From Candidatus Bathyarchaeota archaeon (GTDB lineage: Archaea > Thermoproteota > Bathyarchaeia > Bathyarchaeales > Bathycorpusculaceae), in the NCBI GenBank assembly GCA_963739305.1, contig CAVTZU010000013.1, positions 64,001 through 128,000 on the forward strand: 64,000 bases of DNA, given 5' to 3'. The notes beneath the pieces were generated by a model that saw only the letters and a list, made by a program, of their open reading frames with translations, was not told the DNA's origin and made no database searches. Position numbers and translations under genes: made by a program. Of this stretch, positions 1 to 9,499 are shown one piece after another (the stretch's first letter is position 1; each line of letters opens with the position of its first letter).

Positions 1-173
1 GTGGCAGTTCCGAAGTTGTCGAAGCCGTGAACGCTTTCCTGTTTCCACAGGAGTGGTATGGCAAAATGATTGGCAGAGAAAAAGTACCAGACAGAAACGG
101 CTGCGATGATAATTGCGGCGACGAAGAATGTGCCTATCAACAGTTTGGCGTGTTCTCGCAGACCCATCTTCAT
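1..173 (-). CDS. N-terminus of a secreted or membrane-anchored protein; runs off the window start
   Basis: Manual translation, not in the ORF track: MKMGLREHAKLLIGTFFVAAIIIAAVSVWYFFSANHFAIPLLWKQESVHGFDNFGTA, a basic start plus a hydrophobic anchor, open to position 1. Confidence 0.6.
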   Translation of the reverse strand, partial: MKMGLREHAKLLIGTFFVAAIIIAAVSVWYFFSANHFAIPLLWKQESVHGFDNFGTA

Positions 174-345
174 CTACAAGGTAGAAGAGTTATGTTTCAG
201 CACTTATGCTTGTTGTCCAGTACTTCGACTCACGCTTAATAAATCGATGTGATAATTGCCTGGTGAAAAAGTGAATTGTCGAGGTTCGCATCGTTGATGG
301 TGAAGTGAAGATTGTTAAGTAGACGAGGTTGCTAAAGTATGGAAC

Positions 346-678
346 ATGGCGTACGTGAGGAAGGATCAGGAAACAATAGATTTTGCATACGAATTTACAA
401 AAGTCTGGAGTGCTATTCCCAAAGCCCTCGAGAGCCTGGGTTGGAGCGTTGAGAGCGTCGATGAATCGGCTCATCGTGTCAGAGGGAAAACCAAAGGGCG
501 CCTCATGGGGTACGGTTCAATTTTGCTGATCGAAGCGTCGCCTGTTGATGAAGGAAAAACTAGGGTTTCTGTTGCTGCTGAAACGCCAGTTACGACGATT
601 ACGTCACTGGCTGACTTTGGGGACACGAGAAAACGGGTTGAGATATTCTTTCTAGAGCTCCGGAAACAGTTGCAGTAG
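346..678 (+). CDS. Hypothetical protein (110 aa, small alpha/beta fold)
   Basis: ATG start and normal composition; overlapping ORFs look spurious. Confidence 0.7.
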   Translation: MAYVRKDQETIDFAYEFTKVWSAIPKALESLGWSVESVDESAHRVRGKTKGRLMGYGSILLIEASPVDEGKTRVSVAAETPVTTITSLADFGDTRKRVEIFFLELRKQLQ

Positions 679-938
679 CCGACGGCGTCTTTATTCTGAT
701 GAGTGTGTTGGATTCAGGCCGCGAAGGAGAAAGTGTGGGGGGATGTGGTTAAAACGCAAGTTAGCGGCCTGAATCCTCATCCAATATGACTTACGTCATA
801 TTCCTACTTATAAGATTAACGGCCATAACCGCTTCTTTCCAAGTCACGCAAATCGAGGCTGAAGGCGTCGAATCCTCATGGCTCAGAGACGAAGACGAAG
901 TGGCTATATACAGGAAAGTAAAGTAGACTAGTTCCAGG

Positions 939-1015
939 GGGCCGGTAGTCTAGCTCGGTAGGACATCTGCTTGACGTGCAGAAGGTCGCCGGTTCGAGTC
1001 CGGTCCGGCCCACCA
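939..1015 (+). tRNA. tRNA-Val(GAC), intronless, CCA encoded
   Basis: Acceptor stem GGGCCGG/CCGGCCC, anticodon arm TCTGC-TT GAC GT-GCAGA, T-arm GCCGG-TTCGAGT-CCGGT, 3' ACCA; TATA-like TATATA about 30 nt upstream. Confidence 0.97.
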
Positions 1016-1189
1016 ATTAAAAACATTTCCATTGCTCTCGATGTTATTTGAAGAATTGACCTGTGAGAATTGCGTCAACAATTGTTTCAAGTGATTTTCA
1101 AAGGTTTTACTAAGATTGAAGCCTAGTTCACGAGTCTTTTCGACTAATTCCTCATCAACGTATAGAACAAGATTATGTTTGTTTGACAT
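950..1189 (-). CDS. CcdA-like/RHH small protein reading antisense into the tRNA; probable N-terminal fragment of a split (SSV-type) integrase
   Basis: MSNKHNLVLYVDEELVEKTRELGFNLSKTFENHLKQLL resembles CcdA-type RHH; the C-terminal WWAGPDSNRRPSARQADVLPS is the antisense of tRNA-Val. Confidence 0.55.
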   Translation of the reverse strand: MSNKHNLVLYVDEELVEKTRELGFNLSKTFENHLKQLLTQFSQVNSSNNIESNGNVFNWWAGPDSNRRPSARQADVLPS

Positions 1190-1369
1190 TTGCGTTTGCA
1201 CCCGGGCAGGGGCGAGGGGAAGTTCAATGTTATATGTTTGATGATTTGCGGGCAGAACTTAACGAAAAGGAAGATTTCGATATAACCCACAATGCGAATC
1301 TTGAAGCAAGAAACGATATTGCCAAAACCTAAATCAGAGGTCAAATCTAAGTAGTTTAGGTCACCAAAA

Positions 1370-1837
1370 ATGAGCGAGTCTGACGAGTATTATTGCCCAA
1401 ACCAATATTGCAAGATAGAGAAACTAACAGTTGGAGAGAAAGCGTGCCCAGAATGTGGAGCATATGCTCGAAAAATCCAAGGGAAGGACCTAGCCAAACT
1501 TCTACAACAGAAGCGCGCACTCTCTCTACAACAGGAAAGGGAACCAGCTCCCACGCTAGCATCCAAACAAGACGAAAGAATCCTCTTCTCCGATGAGATG
1601 ACGGACGATCAAATTCGTATGCTTATATCACAGGATATGTCGAACTTGGCAATCAATGAAGCCGGAACCGCCTGGATGAGTCCAGGCACACTTCTCTCCT
1701 TGAAAGCAACAGACCAGATGATAGGATCAGGGTTCAAGGCTCTAGTAGACCAGAATAAGATCATGATAAGGCAGAATGAACTCATCATCAGAGGTTTGAA
1801 GAAACTGGCCGCAAAAATGGACGAATCCCGTCACTGA
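1370..1837 (+). CDS. Hypothetical protein with N-terminal Zn-ribbon and C-terminal coiled coil
   Basis: CPNQYC...CPECG motif; helical C-terminus. Confidence 0.75.
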   Translation: MSESDEYYCPNQYCKIEKLTVGEKACPECGAYARKIQGKDLAKLLQQKRALSLQQEREPAPTLASKQDERILFSDEMTDDQIRMLISQDMSNLAINEAGTAWMSPGTLLSLKATDQMIGSGFKALVDQNKIMIRQNELIIRGLKKLAAKMDESRH

Positions 1838-2050
1838 TTGTGCATGCTACGTCCAATGATGCATAATTGCTGACACTTTATCGCTATAGCGTTTCTAGAC
1901 TGCAAACCAATCAAGCAATGTGCACTTCGTGCACACGACGAGCCTACCTCTTTCCAAACCTCTAGCGCGCGCGATAAAACTTCACCGTTTGGGTTTGGGA
2001 CAAGACTTTAATTCAAACTGATTCAAACTACAAAGTGGAGCCACGGGTTT

Positions 2051-2821
2051 ATGTGGAAAAAGAAAGAAGAGAAGAAAGAAGAGAAAGAGGAAGATTTGTT
2101 GAAGAAGCTATGTGGGAACGACACGAAATTGTATGATCTTCTCAGTCAGAGCTTGTATCTAGATCCTAAAGCGGCCATATCCAAAACGGATCTCAAGATT
2201 CTCGTCGAGGAGGCAGAGAAAAGTGTCGGGGATGAAGATTATCGAGAAGCAATGGCGAAATATAGAACGGCATTGGATAAGGCCATTTTTGAGGCCACTC
2301 AAAATCCAGGGGAAATGGGTACATACATTAAAGTCAGTCAAGACCTCGCGTCGAAGACTGCAAAAACGATAGAGAAAGCAAAAGAGAAGGGAGAGAAGGA
2401 AGGATTTGCGTCCCCTTCTCTTGAAGGAAGAATCAAATATTATGAATCTATGAGCGAAAGAATTGAAGATGTGATAAGAATAGCTTCTCTCTATTACAAC
2501 GAGATATTAGAAGAGTTGGGAGCAAGCGCGCGCTCGCAAGGACGAGAAGCAAGAAGAGGAATGAGACGAGACGCTGAGAGAGAAGAGGAAAGAGACGAGA
2601 TAGACGCAAAGGAGAGGCGAGAAGCAAGAAGAAAAGAGATGGGAAGAGGAGAGCGAAAAGAAGCTGAGAGAGAAGATAAGGAAATAGAGAAGAAAGAAAA
2701 GGAGAGAGGAGAGGCAAGAAGAAAAGAAGGAATAGACGCTGAGAGAGAAGAGAATAAGATAGAGGAGAGAGAAAAGGAGAGACGAGAGGCGAGAAGAAAC
2801 GAAAGGGAGAAAAAAGAATAA
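2051..2821 (+). CDS. Hypothetical helical protein with E/R/K-rich repetitive C-terminal tail
   Basis: 256-aa ORF with ATG start; tail built from EARR...DAEREE...KERREARR units. Confidence 0.8.
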   Translation: MWKKKEEKKEEKEEDLLKKLCGNDTKLYDLLSQSLYLDPKAAISKTDLKILVEEAEKSVGDEDYREAMAKYRTALDKAIFEATQNPGEMGTYIKVSQDLASKTAKTIEKAKEKGEKEGFASPSLEGRIKYYESMSERIEDVIRIASLYYNEILEELGASARSQGREARRGMRRDAEREEERDEIDAKERREARRKEMGRGERKEAEREDKEIEKKEKERGEARRKEGIDAEREENKIEEREKERREARRNEREKKE

Positions 2822-2864
2822 CTTGGACAAGACGCACACGCTAAGTGATGTTTGGGTTTGGGGA

Positions 2865-2955
2865 TAAAGTCTTATCCCCCGGCTAAATTTCCACAAGTCA
2901 GCCATCTTTTGAAAAATTCTTATGATAAATTTCTATATAAGAAAAAATGAAAAGA
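2865..2955. repeat. Dispersed ~90-bp intergenic element, copy 1
   Basis: TAAAGTCTTATCCCCCGGCTAAATTTCCACAAGTCAGCCATCTTTTGAAAAATTCTTATGATAAATTT...GAAAAAATGAAAAGA aligns end to end, with scattered substitutions, to 13202-13290. Confidence 0.85.
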
Positions 2956-3257
2956 CTACAAATGTTCTGCAATGCGTTACATAGAAGACCCAGTATGCCC
3001 CTACGACGATCAAGAGTACGAATATAGAGATGAGAATCATCCGCAGAATCCTGAACAATCAGGGTGAACTTGAAAGCAAGACGATGATTATTAAGGCATT
3101 TTTCTCTAAATTCCATTTTCCAAATCGATAGAATTTGTAGAATTTCTATTCTTTTTGTCTGTTTAGAATTTTGGAATTTTAGGAAAACACTGGACTAGCG
3201 AAGCGGAACCTTGCAAAGATCCTGAATTGCTTCAACGACAGCAATCGCACAGTAACA

Positions 3258-3296
3258 CAAACACGCAAACAACAAAACATCAAACACGCAAACAAC
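3258..3296. repeat. Pair of exact 16-bp direct repeats CAAACACGCAAACAAC
   Basis: Copies at 3258-3273 and 3281-3296. Confidence 0.8.
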
Positions 3297-3365
3297 GAAA
3301 CTTCGATGAAAACATCCTAGCGCGCGCGTTTGGAGTGTTTTCGGTTTTGTTCGAAGTGTAGGCGG

Positions 3366-3482
3366 GACGAATACTATTCAGCCACATTTAGCTCAATGAG
3401 CGAGGCCCGAAAGCTTGTTGAGGCTGGATTTGAGTACGTCTGCACCTATGAAGGTCTCATGGTCTTCAGAAAGCGCGAGTAG
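3366..3482 (+). pseudogene. Orphan C-terminal tail of a tyrosine recombinase/integrase
   Basis: Manual translation DEYYSATFSSMSEARKLVEAGFEYVCTYEGLMVFRKRE* matches the ...EAxKLxEAGFEYV...FRKRK tail I recall from Bathyarchaeia integrases; no catalytic domain upstream. Confidence 0.7.
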
Positions 3483-3544
3483 CGCGCGGGATCGTCGCTA
3501 CCTTCTTAAGTCAATAGAACCTACAACGAATGCTGTAGTAGCTT

Positions 3545-3790
3545 TTGAACAGGAGCAGCGGTGTTTTGACGAACATCACAAAAATGAGTAGGGCAGAAAA
3601 GGCGATTAATGAGATGCCACGTGGTTTCTGGATAAATTCTAGAAACCTTGCCAAGAACGCCTGCTTAGGTGTTGCGACCATGACAAATTATCTTGTGAAA
3701 GCAAGGAAACGAGGACTAGTCGAGAACAAGCACGTGGCGATCAGCAGTTATAGTCAACTTCACTTGTGGAGACGCAAAACCCTAGATTGA
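3545..3790 (+). CDS. Small winged-helix-like protein (start possibly the internal ATG, MSRAEK)
   Basis: INSRNLAKNACLGVATMTNYLVKARKRGLVE...LWRR is HTH plus wing-like. Confidence 0.55.
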   Translation: MNRSSGVLTNITKMSRAEKAINEMPRGFWINSRNLAKNACLGVATMTNYLVKARKRGLVENKHVAISSYSQLHLWRRKTLD

Positions 3791-3866
3791 TGGTTTTCCG
3801 AGAGGACCTCGTCCAAGAAAAACGTGCGCTACATTGGCCGCAACAACGTAAGGAGAAAGAATCTGC

Positions 3867-4052
3867 TCAGCGCGGGTGTGTATTATATGCTACAGTATCA
3901 TAATGAGGATTCTTAGTCCCGCATGTTCCGCAGAACTTCTCCGTTATAGCTACAAGTTTCTTGCATTCTTTGCAGTCATACATCAATTGCTTACCACAAT
4001 CCGTGCAGAACTTCTTCTCCAAGTTATCTGTTCCACATGAGCACCGAACCAC
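3867..4052 (-). CDS. Double zinc-ribbon small protein
   Basis: CSCG, CTDCG, CKEC, CGTCG. Confidence 0.8.
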   Translation of the reverse strand: MVRCSCGTDNLEKKFCTDCGKQLMYDCKECKKLVAITEKFCGTCGTKNPHYDTVAYNTHPR

Positions 4053-4213
4053 AGTCTACAACCCCATTATGAGTGTCTGTTCCGCGTTTTTAAGTCATTC
4101 TAAAATAGTCAACTAATGCTAAGACTTAATGGAGAGATTATCAACAGAAACTACTCGGAAAAGTCTAGTCGCAGCTACCCTTGCGTTCCTGCCTCCTGTG
4201 CCAAAAGAAGCAA

Positions 4214-4393
4214 TCAACAGTCCCGCACTTCCTTTTTCCTCGCTTCCCAGTATTCTTTTGCTTCCCCGTATTCCTTTTCTTTCTTGGCTACTCCCGATTT
4301 AACCCTACATTCTGGACATAAGCACTTGCCTGTGTATTGCACATACCGGGTGTAGAACATCTTCCCGCAATTCTCGCATCGGTGATCGCCCAT
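4214..4393 (-). CDS. Small Zn-finger protein (59 aa, below the ORF-track cutoff)
   Basis: MGDHRCENCGKMFYTRYVQYTGKCLCPECRVKSGVAKKEKEYGEAKEYWEARKKEVRDC*. Confidence 0.7.
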   Translation of the reverse strand: MGDHRCENCGKMFYTRYVQYTGKCLCPECRVKSGVAKKEKEYGEAKEYWEARKKEVRDC

Positions 4394-4523
4394 GATTTCG
4401 CCTTCCGTATAATGGTTATCTTCAAAGGATTTAACAGGTTCTACATTAGTACACTAGCGCGCGCTCTAAGATGAATCGTGAATTCAGCAATTTAATAAAT
4501 CCATTGGAATAACGCTCCTTCCA

Positions 4524-4760
4524 GTGATACCGTTGGGTTTCCCTGGTTTGTTGGAAGGTGTAATAATTGTGTTCGTGGGTGGATTCATGGCTCTAGCTGG
4601 ATTTGGAATGATTAGTTTGGGAAATCTGTTCTATTCATATCTTACTTGGCTAGTAGGAATTAGACCCTACTCATTCCCCATGGCGATAGCGCTTATTATT
4701 TTTGGTGTGGCTCTGTTACTTTTCGGAAAAAAAATGACCCAATACCAGCGAAAATACTGA
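4524..4760 (+). CDS. Small 2-TM membrane protein
   Basis: Two hydrophobic segments and a basic C-tail. Confidence 0.6.
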   Translation: MIPLGFPGLLEGVIIVFVGGFMALAGFGMISLGNLFYSYLTWLVGIRPYSFPMAIALIIFGVALLLFGKKMTQYQRKY

Positions 4761-4937
4761 GGTTAGCGCGCGCTAGTTGGGGAAGTAATCGTTTTGGCTG
4801 AAATACAGGACAGAATCTATAGCTAGAATCCGATGGCATCGTGCGCGTATAGCAAGTAGTAAATGAGATTTGCTGGCGAAGGCGTTATGGAAATGATACA
4901 TAGTAATTTTGCCTATAACTTTGAAAGGCGGCAAGTT

Positions 4938-5162
4938 ATGCCAAAATGTCCGAATTGCACAGCTCACATACCAAGGACCACAAAAGAATGGAACTTTGGC
5001 CGATTCACAGCAAAGATGTACAAGTGCACTAAATGTGGAAATCAATTTAGAGAATATTTCGTGGGAAGCGCGTTGCGATTTGTTTTGAGCGCGCACAACG
5101 GTGGTTTGGGAAAGATTAGAGTGAGGAAAGAAACGACGGACAGGTTCCAAACCTATCACTGA
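4938..5162 (+). CDS. Small Zn-ribbon protein, Cren7-like
   Basis: MPKCPNC...TKEWNFGRFTAKMYKCTKCGNQFREY; ATG at 4938 preferred over 4863. Confidence 0.65.
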   Translation: MPKCPNCTAHIPRTTKEWNFGRFTAKMYKCTKCGNQFREYFVGSALRFVLSAHNGGLGKIRVRKETTDRFQTYH

Positions 5163-5338
5163 CTCTCCTCTCTCGCACGCGCTTTTTTCTTTAAGTCCAA
5201 CGTTTTCAAGTATCAGGAGGGGCAGAGACCCGTATTCTTGCTTGCTTTTCTGGCACGCACGCTAGTTCCAGTCCTGGCTAGCTGCACGCAGAAAAAATAT
5301 AAGATGAATCCTGCGTATAGGACTATGGAGGAGTAGTT

Positions 5339-5860
5339 ATGCCTGAAAAGAAAAAGGGAACCCTCGCGATTAAGAAGGCAAAGAAGACTGTGCTTGCCGT
5401 TAGGAAACCTCAGCCCATTGTAATTCAAAACTTCAACGATCTGCTAGACGCCTTTCGAGATGAGTTCGGGGGTTACTTGTGGGATCCCTATAGGGGATTC
5501 GAGTGGCCTGTCGAATATGAACTGCCGATGCGAATACCATACGTTGACGTTATCGACTCTGTCAACGAGTACGTCGTGAAAGCGGAGCTTCCAGGGTTGA
5601 AGAAGGAAAACGTGCAGATTGAATTGGCGCCGAACGAGTTGTCAATCACCGCTAGAGCTGGTGTGGAGACGGAGGAGAAGGGAAAAACCTATTTGCACAG
5701 GGAAAGGGCGTTCTCCACGTTCCGCAGACGCATCGGATTCGGAGATAGAATAGACATAGAAAAAGCGTCAGCAAATATAGCTGAAGGTATCCTTGAAATA
5801 AAGCTTCCCAAGCTCGAGCCCAAGCCTGAAAAGAAAACCAAAAAGATAACACCACAATAA
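5339..5860 (+). CDS. hsp20: Small heat-shock protein (Hsp20/alpha-crystallin)
   Basis: PYVDVID...YVVKAELPGLKKENVQI...ERAFSTFRRRI...ASANIAEGILEIKLPK; GGAGG RBS; T-tract after stop. Confidence 0.95.
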   Translation: MPEKKKGTLAIKKAKKTVLAVRKPQPIVIQNFNDLLDAFRDEFGGYLWDPYRGFEWPVEYELPMRIPYVDVIDSVNEYVVKAELPGLKKENVQIELAPNELSITARAGVETEEKGKTYLHRERAFSTFRRRIGFGDRIDIEKASANIAEGILEIKLPKLEPKPEKKTKKITPQ

Positions 5861-6272
5861 ACCCTTTTTTCCATCTAGCTAGTTAACTGGAACGTTCAAA
5901 TAAGTAGCACTTGCTTTCTACATTATAGCGATCGGTCGATGCACGCGTGACTACTTCCATTTGTGGACTGTGATATCGAATTCTTGCCACATTGGATCAC
6001 CTTCTTGTGCCATTACTGTATTCAACATGTTCATCCATGCAAGCTTTTGAGACATGATCATGAAACTCCATTGACCTACCGCTTTACTTCTGTCTGCTTC
6101 AACTTCATCATGCCCAGAAGCCTTCAGGACCCCAGTTCTCCAGTGTTCGTTGTGAATATACCCTGACAGTCAGAACTATCCGCGCGCGACGGGCTGTGGT
6201 GAAGATTTATATCGGTGAGCACGTTTGCCTTATTTGTACTAGTAAAATTCTAACCTTGAATGGAGGGTTTGT

Positions 6273-7928
6273 ATGGCTTACTTGACAACAACTGCGACGG
6301 GACAACCAGTTTTGATTCTTAAGGAAGGTACGACCCGAAGCAGAGGAAAAGAAGCTCAGAGAAACAACATGCTGGCAGCTCGTGTGATTGGTGAAGTGTT
6401 GAAGACTACTTTGGGACCGCGCGGTATGGATAAGATGCTAGTTGACAGCTTGGGAGACATAACGATAACGAATGACGGTGCGGTAATACTGAACAAGATG
6501 GACGTTGAACATCCAGCGGCAAAGATGATGGTGGAAATCGCAAAGACACAGGACGACATGGTGGGCGATGGGACAACCACCGTTGTAGTGCTTGCAGCCG
6601 AACTGCTGAAAAAGGCTGAGGAGCTTCTAGAACAGAATATCCACCCGACAATAGTTGTGAGCGGCTATCGCAAAGCAGCGCAAAAGGCAGTTGACGTCAT
6701 AAACAACATCGCAATCCAAGTGGACATCGAAGACCGCGCAACACTCAAGAAAGTCGCGGTGACCTCAATGGCGAGCAAAGCGGTCGGCGCAGCAAAGGAA
6801 CATTTTGCAGACATCGCTATTGACGCTGTGAGACAGATAGCTGAAACGCGTGGAGACAAAATGCTGGCGGATATAGACAACATCCAAGTGATAAAGAAAA
6901 CTGGCAAAAGCCTCTTCGAATCCCAACTCGTCAAAGGCCTTGTGATAGACAAGGAAGTTGTTCACCCCGGAATGCCCAAAAAAGTCGAAAAAGCAAAAAT
7001 AGCCTTGCTCGACTGCGCTCTAGAAATCGAGAAAACGGAGATGAGCGCCGAAATAAGGATACACGACCCAGACCAGATGAAAGCGTTCTTGGAGCAAGAA
7101 AACAAGATGCTGCAGGACATGGTTGAGAAAATCAAAGCTTCGGGTGCAAACGTGGTTTTCTGCCAGAAAGGCATAGACGAAATGGCTCAACACTTCCTGG
7201 CAAAAGAGGGAATAATGGCTGCTAGAAGAGTGAAACAGTCAGACATGGAAAAGTTGGCAAGAGCGACAGGTGGAAGAATAACCTCAAATTTGGCCGATCT
7301 CAGCGCGAAAGACTTGGGTGCGGCAGGCATTGCCGAAGAGCGCAAGCTGGGCGAAGACAAAATGATCTTTGTCGAAAAATGCAAGGACCCACGCTCAGTT
7401 GCAATCATCATAAGAGCTGGACTCGAAAGAATGGTTGACGAGGCTGAAAGAGCGATGACTGACGCCTTGTCAGTTGTTTCCGACGTGATAGAGACTAACA
7501 AGATAGTTGCAGGCGGCGGTGCAGTGGAAGTCGAAATGGCTAAAGAATTACGAAACTACGCTACAAGCGTGGGCGGAAGAGAACAACTTGCAATAGAAAT
7601 GTTTGCTGACGCTGCTGAGGTAATACCTAAAACCTTGGCTGAAAACGCGGGACTGGAGCCCATTGACATAATCGTGGAATTGAGAGGTGCACATGCGAAA
7701 CCAGGGGGTCAATACAAGGGCGTGAATGTTTTCACAGGAAAGGTTGAAGACATGCGCAAAGAAGGCGTCGTCGAACCGATGATCGTGAAAGAACAAGCAG
7801 TGAAGTCAGCCACGGAATCCGCAGCAATGATACTCCGCATAGACGACGTGATAGCCTCAACCAAACCCAAAGAAGGACCTGGAGCAGGCAAACCACCTGG
7901 CGGCGGGATGCCAGAAAGCGAAGATTAG
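6273..7928 (+). CDS. ths: Thermosome subunit (group II chaperonin)
   Basis: [36 protein letters not shown]. Confidence 0.98.
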   Translation: MAYLTTTATGQPVLILKEGTTRSRGKEAQRNNMLAARVIGEVLKTTLGPRGMDKMLVDSLGDITITNDGAVILNKMDVEHPAAKMMVEIAKTQDDMVGDGTTTVVVLAAELLKKAEELLEQNIHPTIVVSGYRKAAQKAVDVINNIAIQVDIEDRATLKKVAVTSMASKAVGAAKEHFADIAIDAVRQIAETRGDKMLADIDNIQVIKKTGKSLFESQLVKGLVIDKEVVHPGMPKKVEKAKIALLDCALEIEKTEMSAEIRIHDPDQMKAFLEQENKMLQDMVEKIKASGANVVFCQKGIDEMAQHFLAKEGIMAARRVKQSDMEKLARATGGRITSNLADLSAKDLGAAGIAEERKLGEDKMIFVEKCKDPRSVAIIIRAGLERMVDEAERAMTDALSVVSDVIETNKIVAGGGAVEVEMAKELRNYATSVGGREQLAIEMFADAAEVIPKTLAENAGLEPIDIIVELRGAHAKPGGQYKGVNVFTGKVEDMRKEGVVEPMIVKEQAVKSATESAAMILRIDDVIASTKPKEGPGAGKPPGGGMPESED

Positions 7929-7940
7929 AAAGGTTTCCCA

Positions 7941-7952
7941 GTTTTCTTTTTT
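7941..7952 (+). terminator. Oligo-T archaeal terminator after the thermosome gene
   Basis: GTTTTCTTTTTT just after the stop codon. Confidence 0.55.
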
Positions 7953-8208
7953 CCAACTCTATTTTTGCATATCAAGAACTCAGTGTGATTGAATAGCGAT
8001 TCAGTCCACGCTACTAAGCACTTGCCTTTATTTCTCCTTTGAAAACTCGGTAGCACCTTTCTGAGCAGAAGCCTTGAAAATCATTATCTGGCATGAACAG
8101 TTTTCCACAAGTTTTGCACTTCTGTTTAGCCCTTTCCTGCATTCACTTCTTCCCCTAATCAGAATGTCATCTTGACTGGTTAAATGTTTAACCATAACGC
8201 GCGCTGAT

Positions 8209-8460
8209 TTAGTCGTCTTTGTATTCATCTTCAGCGAGTTCAACTGAAACGGTGTCCTTGTGTGTGGGGCGTTTCATCTTTTCTGGCGTCATCTCTCTTC
8301 CTTGCATGAACGCGTTTTCGGCGGCGGTAATGTCGTCTTCGTCCAGCATTTCTTCTCTCTGTTTGTGATCATAAATGTCCCCAGTTTCTTTCTCCTTCTC
8401 TTGTTCAGCGTGGTCAGTGTCGATGTGCTCAGTCTTCTTTCTTTTGCCTTGCGAATGCAG
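8209..8460 (-). CDS. Small acidic hypothetical protein (83 aa, apparent CTG start; absent from the ORF track)
   Basis: LHSQGKRKKTEHIDTDHAEQEKEKETGDIYDHKQREEMLDEDDITAAENAFMQGREMTPEKMKRPTHKDTVSVELAEDEYKDD*; the + strand ORF 8260-8469 is its shadow. Confidence 0.65.
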   Translation of the reverse strand: MHSQGKRKKTEHIDTDHAEQEKEKETGDIYDHKQREEMLDEDDITAAENAFMQGREMTPEKMKRPTHKDTVSVELAEDEYKDD

Positions 8461-8797
8461 TCACTCTAAGTAGTCAAACACGCATTGTGCAATATAAAGA
8501 GCGTGCGCAACAGGTCTATTTTGGAAAAGATGCTATTGAGAGTTGAAGAGGAATGTGAGAGAGCATGAGTAGTGAACAGAATCCACGCAAGAAACCAATA
8601 GAGAGTGTTCGTCGTGACAAAGCGAAAGGTCATCAAACGAGAAGAGCCCGTGGAGGAAAGAAACAGAAGAGAAGGTAAGATTCTAGACGTGACAACCAAA
8701 ACCTACGAGCGCGTGATAAGCATGCAGATCGAAAGTGTGCCAAAACACGCGCTTACACACTTAAGTTATTAATTCGATACCCTTATAAGTGAGTATG

Positions 8798-8815
8798 CTC
8801 ATAATATAGTATGAG
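8798..8815. promoter_or_regulatory. Inverted repeat CTCATA-N6-TATGAG next to a TATA-like element, upstream of the RHH gene
   Basis: Perfect 6-bp inverted repeat; CTTATAAG immediately upstream. Confidence 0.4.
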
Positions 8816-8944
8816 GATAAGCAAACACGATTGATGTACAATGATCACGGAAAGGAGAGCGATAGTTGGCATATGGCAATTTGCTTATTGGAAGAATACC
8901 TAACACGTGCGAATCGTGCACAAAACTGATATTAGGTAATAGAA

Positions 8945-9088
8945 ATGGGAAGAATCAGCGTGGAACTATCGGATGAGCTTGAAAAGCAGCTCAGGTTCAA
9001 AACTATCGAGAAATTTGGCGGGAGAAAGGGCGACTTATCCAAGGCTGTCGAAGAAGCAGTAAAAACGTGGATTGCCAAAGAAGAATAA
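8945..9088 (+). CDS. Ribbon-helix-helix (CopG-like) DNA-binding protein, 47 aa
   Basis: MGRISVELSDELEKQLRFKTIEKFGGRKGDLSKAVEEAVKTWIAKEE*. Confidence 0.85.
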   Translation: MGRISVELSDELEKQLRFKTIEKFGGRKGDLSKAVEEAVKTWIAKEE

Positions 9089-9282
9089 CCACGCTTATCC
9101 TTCATTTCCATTAACTTGATTTATAGTTAGCCTTAAGCGAAGAAGGCTCAGGGAAAACCAGCCCCCCAACACTTTCCAGAGAGATTTTTGCGAGGGGGAA
9201 CTAGAGCTGGATACCCTCTTCTGAGGGGGTTGCGCGCGCTAAAATCTTGAAACCCAAGAAAGGTTCCATGTTGAAGCAAGAG

Positions 9283-9449
9283 TCACTCGAACGATCGATC
9301 GACTTCAAGGTTTGTGGGCACAAAATGAAGCCTAAATGATTTTGCAGTCTTCAACATGCTTGTTCGTACTCCTTCTCAGCTCCATAATAAAGCAGATTGG
9401 CCGCTTCTCTCGCAACTCTTTTTCTTGAACTGATAGAATCGACTGTCAC
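9283..9449 (-). pseudogene. Truncated, frameshifted N-terminus of an archaeal predicted nucleotidyltransferase-type protein
   Basis: GTG start, MTVDSISSRKRVAREAANLLYYGAEKEYEQA, frameshift, then LKTAKSFRLHFVPTNLEV; matches the R..AREAA.LLY.G..KEY.QA...PTNLEV pattern recalled for this family. Confidence 0.6.
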
Positions 9450-9499
9450 GAATGCACCGAAAAACTCTGGGTTAAACGTCGGACCACCACGCGTCAAGC

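Larger units (their letters stand above)
1016..5200. mobile_element. Decayed tRNA-Val-associated integrative element / variable island (right boundary uncertain)
   Basis: Adjacent to the tRNA 3' end; contains an Int(N)-like ORF, an integrase tail remnant, many very small hypothetical genes and low coding density; no attR copy found. Confidence 0.55.

Noticed and set aside
27-474. Track ORFs 27-239, 70-252 and 190-474
   Set aside because: They overlap better-supported genes (minus-strand 1-173 and plus-strand 346-678).
2448-2905. Hydrophobic L/F/S-rich minus-strand ORFs
   Set aside because: Antisense shadows of the purine-rich E/R/K tail of 2051-2821.
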